DNA of 64,000 bases from Candidatus Bathyarchaeia archaeon. GTDB lineage: Archaea > Thermoproteota > Bathyarchaeia > Bathyarchaeales > Bathycorpusculaceae. Under the pieces are notes generated by a model that was not told the origin of the DNA, ran no database searches, and saw only the letters and a program-made list of their open reading frames with translations. Where the stretch lies: contig JBEKBM010000007.1 in assembly GCA_050015395.1 (NCBI GenBank), positions 33,796 through 97,795 of the forward strand, in the 5' to 3' direction. The position numbers were made by a program, and so were the translations under genes. Below are positions 27,318-38,222 of this stretch, one piece after another (position 1 is the stretch's first letter; each line of letters opens with the position of its first letter).

Positions 27318-28508
27318 ATGATAATACTTGATTATTTAATTTCGGTGATTTGGCTTTCCCCCCTTCTCTACCTTTTCGTCTTAGTGTTTGGAAAAATATT
27401 TAACAGGACAAGAAAGACGGCACTCTTGAAACAGAAAGGGCAGGTTGATAAAAAAGTTGACAACATTATCTTTCAGATACCCACGGTAGGTAACGTTAAG
27501 TCAGTAAATAAAATATTGGAAACAGTAAAAAACTATGCTTTGCCTGTGCCCTTGGAAACCTGGGTAATTATTGAAGATTGGGATACGCATAAGGCTGAAT
27601 ACGTATGCGATAAGCTTGTTGTTGTTCCTCCAGATTTTGTGTGTGAAGATTTATACAAAGGTCGTGCACTAGAATACGCTCGCAGGGTAAGACAAAAATT
27701 AGTTGATGAAGGTAAGCTGGGACCAAACTACTTATTGCTTCAAGGTGACGATGATGCGGTGCCTAGCCTTGGGTTCATAAAAGAATGCTTAACTGTTCAA
27801 GCTGACATTATCATTGGGACAATTACTCCTCAAGTAAACGGCGTATGGAACACTATTCTTGACTATGAACGTTGTGTTGCATGCGGGATCTTCTGCAATT
27901 TTTTTACAAATTTGGGACAGCCGCTTTGGGCTCATGGCGAAGGAACCTGCATGAGTAGTCAAGTAGACAGGAACGTTTCTTATGACATAAGCATCTTTAC
28001 CCATAATACTAAGCACAAATTGATAACCAACGAAGACTCTTTTTACTTCCACAAAGCATCAGTAATGGGTTACAGTACCTTTAATTCGGAAGAAAGGATT
28101 TTCATACTGCCGCCATTAACTTTTGCCGATGCAGTAACACAGAGACGCAGATGGTTTTGGGGACAGCTAGCAATTTTAAAGGTGAAAATGCTGCCTCTCC
28201 CAAACAGGATTAGGTTAAGTATAATAGGCTTCTCAGGATTATGGCTATTCTCTATTGGAACAATAGGGTTGCCATTATACTATTTAGGCATCATTAATAT
28301 ACCGGCAGTGCTCTTGCCATTTATATTTACGACTTTAGCCGTATGGCTTGCAATTAGAGCCTACACCATTGGAAAATGCATGGGCTGGAAACACGCCATA
28401 GCAGGTACTGCAGCAAGCTACATAACAGTGACGATGAATTTTATTATTAATTTAATTGGCCTTGCAAAGGGAGATCCAAAAAAATTCGAAGTAATTCGTA
28501 AAGAATGA
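27318..28508 (+). CDS. Membrane GT2-family glycosyltransferase
   Basis: KGRAL, GDDD, NEDS, QRRRW motifs and TM helices. Confidence 0.85.
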   Translation: MIILDYLISVIWLSPLLYLFVLVFGKIFNRTRKTALLKQKGQVDKKVDNIIFQIPTVGNVKSVNKILETVKNYALPVPLETWVIIEDWDTHKAEYVCDKLVVVPPDFVCEDLYKGRALEYARRVRQKLVDEGKLGPNYLLLQGDDDAVPSLGFIKECLTVQADIIIGTITPQVNGVWNTILDYERCVACGIFCNFFTNLGQPLWAHGEGTCMSSQVDRNVSYDISIFTHNTKHKLITNEDSFYFHKASVMGYSTFNSEERIFILPPLTFADAVTQRRRWFWGQLAILKVKMLPLPNRIRLSIIGFSGLWLFSIGTIGLPLYYLGIINIPAVLLPFIFTTLAVWLAIRAYTIGKCMGWKHAIAGTAASYITVTMNFIINLIGLAKGDPKKFEVIRKE

Positions 28509-28674
28509 TACCAAAAAGCTTACTGCATTAGTTAAAGATTAGTCTGAGGCCTGATAAAAGCAAATACTTAATCTTCACAAAAGCGAACTTACCGCATAGT
28601 AGCATGAGTGGCATCGCACTATAATTGTTTCATCTGTGGCTTTCCACACAAAGCAAAATAGTCCATTATTGATA

Positions 28675-29661
28675 CTATTGGTTTTCTGTTTCTGTTAATT
28701 TCCTGTCTTTGAGTTTTAGGGGAAAATTAAAGTGCATTTTTCGTTTTCTGCGGATGACGGTTATTATTTCAACTATGGTTAACGCGGCAACTGCGTAAAG
28801 CGGAATCCAATCGTATTGGTACATTTGTGAGACGATGTTTCCGTTAACTTCCGCATGCAAGAATGCAAAGCCTATACCATAATAGAAGAAAAAGGGCAAA
28901 TTGGTTGCCAAAACAAACGTAACTGTGGCTGTAATGAACTGAAATATTTTCTGTCTGTTGTACCATAGAAGCAGTGGAAGCGCCAAAAGCGCAGCACGCG
29001 GATCGAATGCACCAAACGCGAACAATAATGCTGAGAGCCATGGTTTTTTGGCGAACCCTAGGTACAATGCGCCTACAAGGAGGACGACTTGGAGTATGTG
29101 AGCATTTGCTAAGACATATCCGCAGTAGTAACTTGGAGAGAACGACTGGGCATTTAAGCTAAATACTCGGTAATGGAGTAAGTTGACCTCAACAGAATTT
29201 ATCGAGGGAGAAGGCAGGGGATCAATCAAAACGATCACAGCGGCTATAGCGCCAAGAACTAGGTTTTTGTCTTTTACAATCTTGTAGACAAAGAAAGCCA
29301 AGGCTGGAATTAAAGCAAGTTGTACTAGGTCAAAAGCGGTAAGAGCGTTCTGGTAGCTTAAGGCTAGAAATGGCGCAAAAAGTATCATGAAGGAAGGCAT
29401 ATACTTGAACGTTTGCGGTGCTGGTAGAATCTGGTAATCTCCCGGATAGGCACCTCCAGCATAGATTTTAGTTGGATTATTGAACAAGCGCCATTCTCCA
29501 ATGTAGTACGCCGAGAAATCTCTCGCCCAAATGGTCGATTCTGGTTTAAACGTTTCAGGGAATGCAAGACAAAAGGTGATTGCGTTCAACGCTACCGCTA
29601 TAACGATGACTAAAATGATTTTCTGTTTTTTGGAAAGCATTTGTCTTATTGTCTTCTCCAT
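28675..29661 (-). CDS. GT-C fold (GT87/DUF2029-like) membrane glycosyltransferase
   Basis: RDFSAYY...FKYMPSF loop after the first TM; polytopic. Confidence 0.65.
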   Translation of the reverse strand: MEKTIRQMLSKKQKIILVIVIAVALNAITFCLAFPETFKPESTIWARDFSAYYIGEWRLFNNPTKIYAGGAYPGDYQILPAPQTFKYMPSFMILFAPFLALSYQNALTAFDLVQLALIPALAFFVYKIVKDKNLVLGAIAAVIVLIDPLPSPSINSVEVNLLHYRVFSLNAQSFSPSYYCGYVLANAHILQVVLLVGALYLGFAKKPWLSALLFAFGAFDPRAALLALPLLLWYNRQKIFQFITATVTFVLATNLPFFFYYGIGFAFLHAEVNGNIVSQMYQYDWIPLYAVAALTIVEIITVIRRKRKMHFNFPLKLKDRKLTETENQ

Positions 29662-30017
29662 ATTTTGCAGGGAAGATTAATGGCCAGAGGAAACTTGTTT
29701 GACAACCGATTTATTTTTTGCCCTAAAAACGCAATAATAGCTGGTTCTATTTCGAAAAAATGTTATTTCAATTTCAAGCCCTTCTAGCTTAAGCTTGCAC
29801 AGAAGTTTATCAAGTATCAGAGTTCTATTTCAAAACAATAAAGGCTTGCAACATACTTTACTGCAGAGTGCTCCACAAGGTCGTTGGTGCTGGCAAATAG
29901 GATCTTTTCTGTAACAAGCTTATTTCTTACTTTTTGCTCTGATTGTATTTCACATAGGCAATATCCCATTTGCAATTGACAATTAATCGTTAAGGTATTA
30001 TTATAAAAAAGAAAGAG

Positions 30018-30659
30018 TCAGTAGTAGTATTCGATTGTTACGGTTGCAGTGTTAGTAGTGTTAGATGAGTCTAAGTTGCCGATTTCGACTTCTATTTGGC
30101 CTGGTACGATTGGAAATGCGGCAGTTCCTTGTGTGCCTAACGTTATGTTCTGGTCGAAGTTGACTCCCGAATTAGAATAGATTGTTTCAGCGTACGTTGT
30201 ATTTGATGTTGCTTGAGCTTGAACTGTAATGTATCCCGCGTAGGATAAATTGTCGTTCCAAACAACCGTAGAAGTGTTACCGTCTTGACTTACCGCCTGG
30301 CTAGAAACTGGTGTCGCTGAAGCGGTCATATTTGCGATACTACTATAACTATTTACTAAGGCGTTTTCTTCTGTTAAGTTCTGCTCTAAAATTGCGTATT
30401 GTTCCATAACGGTTGTTATGTTTGTCTGAAGTTTTAGATTATCAACTTGCTGTTGCAACTGGCTGATTGTATTATCTTTATTTGTTATTTGTGTCGGCAA
30501 ATTTGAATTTGGCCCGTAGACTGCAATTACACCAACTAAGCCAGCAGCAAGAACGACACATATTATTGCCAGAGTGATGACTTTCATGTTCCTTTTCCCT
30601 GCTGATGGTGGCGGCGGTGGAGGTAGAGGTAAATTATCAAAGCTATTCTCTCGACTCAT
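30018..30659 (-). CDS. Membrane-anchored protein with coiled coil and beta-rich domain
   Basis: Poly-Pro, TM, heptads, many N-x-S/T sequons. Confidence 0.7.
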   Translation of the reverse strand: MSRENSFDNLPLPPPPPPSAGKRNMKVITLAIICVVLAAGLVGVIAVYGPNSNLPTQITNKDNTISQLQQQVDNLKLQTNITTVMEQYAILEQNLTEENALVNSYSSIANMTASATPVSSQAVSQDGNTSTVVWNDNLSYAGYITVQAQATSNTTYAETIYSNSGVNFDQNITLGTQGTAAFPIVPGQIEVEIGNLDSSNTTNTATVTIEYYY

Positions 30660-30795
30660 TTCTTATCTTTCCATTTTTTCTTTATCATGTATAACTATTC
30701 TATAAATAATTTTTTCCATATTTGACCCAAAGGCATGCCTAAACGAATTGCGCCTTGTTAAATATGTAAACTATCTTTTGGGCTGCAATGTTTTC

Positions 30796-31245
30796 CTAGT
30801 ACTTGATGCTTAGGTACAGCAGTACGGATAATGCGATGAACTCAAATAAGCCTGGCAGAAACTCGAATGGCCCAAGTCCATAAGCTCTAAATCCGAATGG
30901 CGATGTTATAAAGGGACTTGATGTCACGTTTTGTACTAGGAAGACTAAAGCAAAAATTATGAGTCCGATTGTGAATTGGGAACGCGTTTTGATATAGATA
31001 TTAAAGTAAATTAGTGCTAAGATTGCTAAGAGCGCTATATTGATCGTAGAGATTATTGTATTTGCAACATAAAAATACTGGAAGTCGCCTGGAATAGAAC
31101 GAGGCGGTGGGCCTCGTATTTGTTCAAACGCGGGAATCTGCTGCTGACGCAATACTAATGCCCAAAAAGCCGCAAAAACAGCGACTGCTACCAATATCAC
31201 AATTATTAATCCAAATTTTAATCGTTTATTCATTTGCTTCTCCAT
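30796..31245 (-). CDS. Small membrane protein paired with the wHTH regulator
   Basis: Four TM segments, SQFTIGLIIFA. Confidence 0.7.
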   Translation of the reverse strand: MEKQMNKRLKFGLIIVILVAVAVFAAFWALVLRQQQIPAFEQIRGPPPRSIPGDFQYFYVANTIISTINIALLAILALIYFNIYIKTRSQFTIGLIIFALVFLVQNVTSSPFITSPFGFRAYGLGPFEFLPGLFEFIALSVLLYLSIKY

Positions 31246-31264
31246 CTTGCTCTTTCTCCTTTTT

Positions 31265-31567
31265 CTACTTTTTCCCGATTTTCTTCATAATCTCCTCAAA
31301 CATTACATAATTATCTTCCATAGTCTGTGTCAAAAAATAGGTTGCGCCATACCTATCGCCGATAGAAGTGATTATTTTGTTTTTTTCCAGCACCTCAAGG
31401 TGATGCCTCATTGTTTTATAATCCATCTTCAGCGACGTCGCTAGTTGATTTGCGTTCTGCGGCGTTTCCTTTAATGCCCCAATTATTTTGGCACGGGTTG
31501 GTCCGCCTCGCGTACCAGCGATTAGCCATCCTAGCAAGTATTTTAACGAGCGGACATTTGCAGACAT
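31265..31567 (-). CDS. ArsR-like winged-helix regulator
   Basis: GTRGGPTRAKII...PQNANQLA...YKTMRHHL. Confidence 0.88.
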   Translation of the reverse strand: MSANVRSLKYLLGWLIAGTRGGPTRAKIIGALKETPQNANQLATSLKMDYKTMRHHLEVLEKNKIITSIGDRYGATYFLTQTMEDNYVMFEEIMKKIGKK

Positions 31568-31763
31568 CGGTTAAGCTCCTGTGTTTAAAGAGATTCTTTG
31601 ACACTTTTAATCTGACTTAAGTAATAAATGTGTTCTTTTGAAAATTACTAAAATTGCAGGTTTAGGTCAAAATTAGGACTCAATTTGGGTCTAATCTTGA
31701 TAAATCATTTAATAATTTATTGTCAATCGGTTTTTTGATAACAGGAGGTGAAAAACCAGAGCC

Positions 31764-32324
31764 ATGAATAGAAAAATCAAAATTTTAGCGTTAATTTCAG
31801 TCATAGTTGTAGCTACAATTGCTGCTTCACTGGTATTTGCTATGCAATCAACCGTTAAAGCCAATACGACTGCTGTTGCATCTGATGTGACATCGGCGTC
31901 TTCGTCTGTAAACACCACTAACAATGGCGGCTTCTTTAACAACGGGTACATGGGATTCGGAGGACCTGGAGGAATGGGAAGAGGATTCGGCGGTTTCGGC
32001 GGTTTCGGAGGAAACTTTTCCAGCTCAATGATGCCTGGAGGATTTGGTTCCATCCAAGTAAGCTCTGACTTTATCCAGAACGTAACTAACATAGCAAAAA
32101 ATGACTCAGACGTGCAAAACCTGCTTAACCAAGGCTACAACATAACCTCAATTAGACCAGTAATCACGTCAGTAATTGACGGAAACGGCAATGTAGTAAC
32201 CACAGCCACAAGCGCAGACGTAATTTTGCAAAGCACAACTGGCAGAGCATTGGTGATAGTTGATCTCACGTCAGCAACAGTAACAAAGATTGTAACTACG
32301 ACTACCACAGTAATCAATAAGTAA
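31764..32324 (+). CDS. Secreted Gly-rich protein
   Basis: Signal/TM segment, GFGG repeats. Confidence 0.75.
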   Translation: MNRKIKILALISVIVVATIAASLVFAMQSTVKANTTAVASDVTSASSSVNTTNNGGFFNNGYMGFGGPGGMGRGFGGFGGFGGNFSSSMMPGGFGSIQVSSDFIQNVTNIAKNDSDVQNLLNQGYNITSIRPVITSVIDGNGNVVTTATSADVILQSTTGRALVIVDLTSATVTKIVTTTTTVINK

Positions 32325-32613
32325 ACTCCTCCATTTTTTATATTATTTTTTTTCAGTTTTAATTTTCCATTTTTTATATTCATATCCATATTTTAAAGAG
32401 TAAAATTTCTAATTACTTTGAGGATTATGGTTAGATTTGGGTGAGATTTTGAGAAATTGTTTAATAACACTTTAGTAATATGCATGGAAAGGCAATCAAG
32501 AAGAGAATAGAAAATGAAAAACAAGGTCATAAGCCCAATGACTGCCCAAATAAAATTCCCCTTCAATTCTCTTTTTGGTTGCCTTTTAAAATAAAATATG
32601 AAAGGTGTAAAAT

Positions 32614-34092
32614 ATGGGAATCGTAAGTAGAGCGGTTAGAAATATTTCACGAAGAAAAATTCGAGCGTTACTAGTAATTATTGCTTTAGGCTTTTCTTTG
32701 GCAATCATGATTTCAATTCCTGCAGGTGTTTTGGCTAATCAGAAGACAGCAAACGCGGTGTCATCAAACTTAAGCAACATTATTAACCAAACTGGCGCAA
32801 CAATTAACCAAACATTAACTCAAATAGATTGTAGTCTTGCGCCAAGTTTTTCAGGTTTCGGTTTCGGTAGTGGTACATCTGGCGGCAGCGGCTCTGGCCC
32901 CAGTTTTGTTTTTGGTGGCGGTAGCACATCTGGCGGCAGCGGCTTTACGCCTGGTCAATTCGGCGGTGGTACTGTAGGCGGTTATTTTGGTGGCGGTGCA
33001 TTTGGTGGTGGTCAAGCAAGTCCTATGAACGAGAGCCTATACACTGATATTAACAGTAGTATCTCTGGAGTTGCAGCTGTTGAGCCTATACTGCAAGCTT
33101 CTGAAGGGAATAACGTAACGAGAAACCTGGATTTTAACGGATACACGCGAACCATCACGACTCTCGATGTCACGTACCAGATTGAAGGGATTCCGCTGAC
33201 TGCTTCGCTCGTAGACAACTATCCGATTCTGCCGACAAACATAACGGTTGGAAGTAACTTACAGGCAGGCGATAGCGGGGTTGTCTTGCTTAGCGAAAAC
33301 AACTCAGCGTACTTTGGAGCAGGAGTAGGCGACGCAGTTACCATTTTAGGCCAAAGCTTTACGGTGGTAGGTATCTACAGTCCATCATCAGTTTCGGACA
33401 CGCAAACGTTATACATGAACCTTTCCGACGCTCAAGCAGTAACTAACAATACTGGATACATAACTAGTCTTACAGTCTTTGCCCAAAACAGTGATGTTGT
33501 TTCGACGGTAGCTAGCTCCATAAGTACACTGCATCCAGAGCTTACAGTTACTACAGCTCAAGATCGCGAAAGCGCACTTTCAACCGAGGAATCGGGCTAT
33601 ACTACTGCACTGGCAAATGCGAATGCATCTGATAGTCAAACATATTCAACTGCAGTTGAAGAAATTATTGTGGTGGTTGCAGCAACAAGCTTGATAGTAT
33701 TATTTGTCATGCTCTATACTGTCAAGGAGAGAACCAAGGAGATTGGCACGCTTAAAGCAATAGGCTTTAGCAACTCTACAGTGATGGGCCAATTTATGCT
33801 TGAAGGCATCCTCTTAAGTATGATTGCTGGTGTAGTTGGTATTGCAATAGGCAGCATAGCAGCACCTACGCTTGCATCACTTCTGCTTCCGAGCGTAGGC
33901 GGCAGGTCAGCTGCAGGCGCTGTGGTCGTTTCAGGCACTACGAGATTCGGTGGATTAGCAGTAGCGACGTTGACTCCTGAGCTTGTACTGTTGGGTTTCG
34001 GGGTAGCTATCCTGCTTGGAACATTAGGAAGTCTATATCCTGCGTGGAGAGCAGCAAAAATAAGACCCGCAGAGGCGATGAGGTATGAGTAA
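32614..34092 (+). CDS. MacB/FtsX-family ABC permease
   Basis: ERTKEIGTLKAIG, YPAWRAAKIRPAEAMRYE. Confidence 0.92.
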   Translation: MGIVSRAVRNISRRKIRALLVIIALGFSLAIMISIPAGVLANQKTANAVSSNLSNIINQTGATINQTLTQIDCSLAPSFSGFGFGSGTSGGSGSGPSFVFGGGSTSGGSGFTPGQFGGGTVGGYFGGGAFGGGQASPMNESLYTDINSSISGVAAVEPILQASEGNNVTRNLDFNGYTRTITTLDVTYQIEGIPLTASLVDNYPILPTNITVGSNLQAGDSGVVLLSENNSAYFGAGVGDAVTILGQSFTVVGIYSPSSVSDTQTLYMNLSDAQAVTNNTGYITSLTVFAQNSDVVSTVASSISTLHPELTVTTAQDRESALSTEESGYTTALANANASDSQTYSTAVEEIIVVVAATSLIVLFVMLYTVKERTKEIGTLKAIGFSNSTVMGQFMLEGILLSMIAGVVGIAIGSIAAPTLASLLLPSVGGRSAAGAVVVSGTTRFGGLAVATLTPELVLLGFGVAILLGTLGSLYPAWRAAKIRPAEAMRYE

Positions 34093-34909
34093 AACAGTGC
34101 TACAATCAGGTAAACCAGTACTACAATTAGAAAATCTGAGCAAAACATATACGCTTGGCAAACGCGACGTTCCAGCCTTATCAAATCTGAATCTTACAGT
34201 AAACGCTGGCGAGTTCGTGGCCATCATGGGTCCATCAGGCTCCGGCAAAACTACACTGCTAAATGTTATTGGCTGCATTGATAAGCCAACCAAAGGTAAA
34301 GTTCTACTAGACGGCATTAATGCATCAGAGCTCCCAGAAAATCAGCTATACAAGATTAGAAGAGACAAGATGGGCTTTGTATTTCAAACCTTCAATCTGT
34401 TGCCATACCTAAACGCTAGAGAAAACGTCGAGTTACCCATGGAAGGACGAGGCAAATCAAAAAGCGAACAAAAGAAACGAGCAAGCGAACTTTTAGCAAT
34501 GGTTGGCCTTTCAGGAAGAGAAGAACATAGGCCGCAACGTCTCAGCGCTGGAGAGCAGCAAAGGGTAGCAATTGCACGCGCGTTAGCAAATAATCCAGCT
34601 ATAATTCTTGCTGATGAACCTACAGGAAACTTGGATAGCGAAAATAAGCAAGGAATCATCAAGTTGCTTGCAAACCTCAACCTCACGCAAGGCACCACAA
34701 TAATCATGGTCACGCATGATAGTCAAGCTGCACGCAATACAGAACGAATGCTCCTTCTCAAAGACGGAAAAATAGTTAAAGAGATGAAAGGTCTGCATGT
34801 AAATAAAAAGAACAAAACATGCCCACATTGCGGAGCCAGTATTCAAATCAATGACGATACATGCCCAACCTGCAAAAAACCTGTATATGCAAGCGATGAA
34901 CTCTTCTGA
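34085..34909 (+). CDS. LolD/MacB-type ABC ATPase with C-terminal double zinc ribbon
   Basis: [29 protein letters not shown]...CPTC. Confidence 0.92.
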   Translation: MSKTVLQSGKPVLQLENLSKTYTLGKRDVPALSNLNLTVNAGEFVAIMGPSGSGKTTLLNVIGCIDKPTKGKVLLDGINASELPENQLYKIRRDKMGFVFQTFNLLPYLNARENVELPMEGRGKSKSEQKKRASELLAMVGLSGREEHRPQRLSAGEQQRVAIARALANNPAIILADEPTGNLDSENKQGIIKLLANLNLTQGTTIIMVTHDSQAARNTERMLLLKDGKIVKEMKGLHVNKKNKTCPHCGASIQINDDTCPTCKKPVYASDELF

Positions 34910-34969
34910 GCGAAAAATGCAAAACAACAAGCCTCCACAAAACTTTTTTTAAATTTCCGAGGATTTTTT

Positions 34970-36196
34970 ATGGAAACTCCACCTAGCCCAACTATTCCTT
35001 CATTTCCGCAGCCTCAAAAAACTCCAAAAACCAGGCGTTTTTCAGTTTTTATTATTGTGTTTCTTCTGGTTGTAGGTTTGGTTGCAGGAGGTTTAATCGG
35101 GTACGCAGTAACTTATTCAGATTTCAACGGGAAACTCAATAGCATACAAGCTCAACTGCAAGGTTATTCTCAAAATGCCACATATTATTATCCAAACGCC
35201 ACATACGTAATAGGCTCTAATGTTTCGCTTTCGAACCTGTATCAGCAAGTTCAATCGTCAGTAGTTGTCATCCAAGATCTCGTGCCCGTAACCACTTTCT
35301 TTGGTACTGGTTACGATGAACAGCAGGGTTCAGGATTCATAGCTTCGGTGGACAATCAACTGGTCATTGTCACCAACAACCATGTGGTACAGGACGCAAT
35401 CAATGAAACTGTAACCTTTGCAGATGGAGATAGTTACCCCGCGAAAGTGTTAGGTTCAGACCCACTAGCTGACCTTGCAGTCCTCAGTATAACTCCGATG
35501 CCTAGCGGTTTGACTCCTTTGACGCTTGTTAGCTCCGACACTTTGCAGGTGGGAGAACCCGTTGTTGCGGTAGGTGCACCTTATGGCTTATCAGGAACGT
35601 TAACCACGGGCGTAATCAGCGCGTTAGGAAGAGTAATAACTGAATCGAGTTCAAGCGGAAGTACGGGTCCAACAATCCCGGATATAATTCAAACAAGCAC
35701 TGCCATTAACCCAGGCAATTCAGGTGGTCCACTTCTCGATTACTCAGGCGAAGTCGTCGGCATAACCACAGCGGCTGTAAGTAACTCTCAGGGTTTAGTC
35801 TTTGCAATTCCATCAGATACTATAATACGTGAACTTAGCTCACTGGTGACAACTGGCTCATACAATCAGCATCCGTCCATTGACGCCACACTAACAGACA
35901 TGAACTATCAGATTGCTCAAGCCATGGGAACCAGCGTTACCTACGGATCGCTCGTTGAAAGCGTTTCGACACAGAACGGCCTTAAAGGCGGCTCAACTCA
36001 AGTGACAATCTTAGGCTCAACCGTAACCATAGGCGGCGACATAATAATAGCCATCAACGGAGTAAGAATAACTAACACTGACAATCTGCTGTCTTATCTG
36101 GAGCAAAACACGTTGCCTGGCCAAACAGCTAATTTCACGGTGGTACGGAACGGGCAAACACAAACAGTCTCAGTAACCATTGGAAACCTATCATAA
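34970..36196 (+). CDS. HtrA/DegP-like serine protease with PDZ domain
   Basis: TNNHVV, ADLAVL, NPGNSGGPL. Confidence 0.9.
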   Translation: METPPSPTIPSFPQPQKTPKTRRFSVFIIVFLLVVGLVAGGLIGYAVTYSDFNGKLNSIQAQLQGYSQNATYYYPNATYVIGSNVSLSNLYQQVQSSVVVIQDLVPVTTFFGTGYDEQQGSGFIASVDNQLVIVTNNHVVQDAINETVTFADGDSYPAKVLGSDPLADLAVLSITPMPSGLTPLTLVSSDTLQVGEPVVAVGAPYGLSGTLTTGVISALGRVITESSSSGSTGPTIPDIIQTSTAINPGNSGGPLLDYSGEVVGITTAAVSNSQGLVFAIPSDTIIRELSSLVTTGSYNQHPSIDATLTDMNYQIAQAMGTSVTYGSLVESVSTQNGLKGGSTQVTILGSTVTIGGDIIIAINGVRITNTDNLLSYLEQNTLPGQTANFTVVRNGQTQTVSVTIGNLS

Positions 36197-36470
36197 TCAT
36201 CTTTTTACATGATGCTTAGCCACGTTTTTACTGACTCATTTGTGTGAGTATAAGACTAATGATTTAGCTGAAGGTTTGAATAATCTGTTTTAAAAAACAG
36301 TTGAAATTCCAAGAATAAAACACGGTAATAAACAAACTATTGATACTCTGATTAATGAAGAGGCTCTCTTATTCGCTAAGTATTTGAGAAATGAACGGAA
36401 AGACTGGAATCCAAGAATCCCAAGCCTTTAGTTTCGGCGTTTAACACTTTCCCATACCATCGCGCTAATC

Positions 36471-37991
36471 CTACGAGAAGTTCATAACTACCGAAGAGGT
36501 AGCGCCAGTGACTGTGATTTCTCCATTCGAGTAGCTCCAGCCAGTGGAAGCTGGAATACCGTCAATGTCCACTGATGCAGGTGACTTGTTCACAGAAAAG
36601 GTTTGGTTTCCGCTCCCGCTAACTGCGTAGCTTATGCTACTGTTCGAGTTATAGCTGCTTATCACTATATTTGCGTCGATTGCAGTTACTGTAAAGTTTG
36701 AAGTTACTCCGTTCAAAGTCAAATTGTTAAAAGTAAGCGCGTCACCGTACTGGCTGAAACCGTTCAGGGTTGTTGAATTGGCGAAGCTTACGCTGTGGTC
36801 GTTTGCTCCCCAAAAATTAGTATTAGCCGCAATGCTGACGGTTGAGGATGAATAAGAGGTAAGGTTCGTTGAAAAACTGAATTGATCCGCTGGGTCAGTT
36901 AGGTATTGCGGTGTTCCAAAAGTCTGATAAGTGTAAGCAGTTACAACTGGGTTTGCGGGGTCGCTCATGTTGAAAGCGTAAATTCTCGCGGTCGCCGCAC
37001 CCTGTTTGCTGTCATTTTCTTGCATGTTGAAGAAGATTTCTTCTCTGTTCCCTACTCTTTTGTTGTATGCTGAACCTCCATAACCAGCAGCGTGCCCATT
37101 TAGCGTCATAAACACGTTAGAATAATTATTTAGTAAGTTTTCAAAGTTGGTAGCCCACGTAACGTCGTTCGGATTCTTATTACCGCCATACGTACCATTT
37201 CCGTTAAGAAAATTATGCGTTGCCACAATCACGTTTACGTTTGGATTGCATTTAAGAAGCGTCTGCATCCAACCTAAAACGGTTGAGTTAGCATCATATT
37301 CGATGTTAATAATCATAAAGTGGTAATTGCCGTAAGTAAATTGTACAGCTGTGTTTTTGCCGTCGCTAATGTCCCCTACCCAGTAAGGCTGTTGCCTCAT
37401 AGCTGTGACGTTAAAAGCAAGGTAGTTTCCTCCCAACCATGAGCCGTTAGGGTTTCCACCGCCAACTTCGCTTGTGTTGTTAAGTTGGTCGTGGTTTCCA
37501 GCATTCCAACAGTAAGGAACACCATTATTGTAAAGCTGCATCATGGCGTCGTTGGCGTTGCTCCAATCAACCGTAGAATTGGCAACCTGTACAATATCAC
37601 CAGTGTGAACAACCATCGTAACATTCAAAGCGCCACTATTATCCACTATCCAACTGGTTAACCCATTAAATAAGTCTGGGTTAGAATCACTCAAATATTG
37701 AGTGTCCGTAATCTGAATTACGCTAAATCCGTTAAGCGCGCGCTCTAAAGCTTCTGTCTCTTTTAGCCAAGGAATTTGGCTGGTCAGATTTGCTATTTCA
37801 TTGTTTAGATGTGCAATTTCATTGGTTAGATTTGTTATTTCATTATTTTGATTTAATATTTGAGAGTTCAACGAAGCTATTTTAGAATTTCTGTCGTTTA
37901 CTACGCCGTTATAATAAAATATCGTTCCTGCAAATGCACCTACAAAGAGTATCGCTATCAAAAATGATATAGCTATTATTTTTTTATTCAT
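36471..37991 (-). CDS. Membrane-anchored calcineurin-like metallophosphoesterase
   Basis: ITDTQ, HTGDIV, AGNHD, VATH, LNGH. Confidence 0.85.
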   Translation of the reverse strand: MNKKIIAISFLIAILFVGAFAGTIFYYNGVVNDRNSKIASLNSQILNQNNEITNLTNEIAHLNNEIANLTSQIPWLKETEALERALNGFSVIQITDTQYLSDSNPDLFNGLTSWIVDNSGALNVTMVVHTGDIVQVANSTVDWSNANDAMMQLYNNGVPYCWNAGNHDQLNNTSEVGGGNPNGSWLGGNYLAFNVTAMRQQPYWVGDISDGKNTAVQFTYGNYHFMIINIEYDANSTVLGWMQTLLKCNPNVNVIVATHNFLNGNGTYGGNKNPNDVTWATNFENLLNNYSNVFMTLNGHAAGYGGSAYNKRVGNREEIFFNMQENDSKQGAATARIYAFNMSDPANPVVTAYTYQTFGTPQYLTDPADQFSFSTNLTSYSSSTVSIAANTNFWGANDHSVSFANSTTLNGFSQYGDALTFNNLTLNGVTSNFTVTAIDANIVISSYNSNSSISYAVSGSGNQTFSVNKSPASVDIDGIPASTGWSYSNGEITVTGATSSVVMNFS

Positions 37992-38039
37992 TCTATCTCT
38001 GATATGTCTATTCTACGCTATGCAAATTTAAGACTTATT

Positions 38040-38222
38040 CTTTGTTTGTTTTGTGTTTGTGTTTTTGATGCATGCACGTACAACAGAGACAGACAGAGAC
38101 ACAGAGACAGACTGATGGTATGAGATGGTAGTCACACACACGCACACGAGAAAGAGAGCTTAAACGTGCGTGTAAGCGTGCGTGTTTACGTTCGTGCATG
38201 TAGGCGTGTGTAGGTGTGTGCG
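38040..38222. repeat. Low-complexity GT/AC/GA dinucleotide-like tract
   Basis: ACAGAGACAGACAGAGACACAGAGAC, CACACACACGCACAC, GTGCGTGT...GTGTGTAGGTGTGTGC. Confidence 0.7.
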
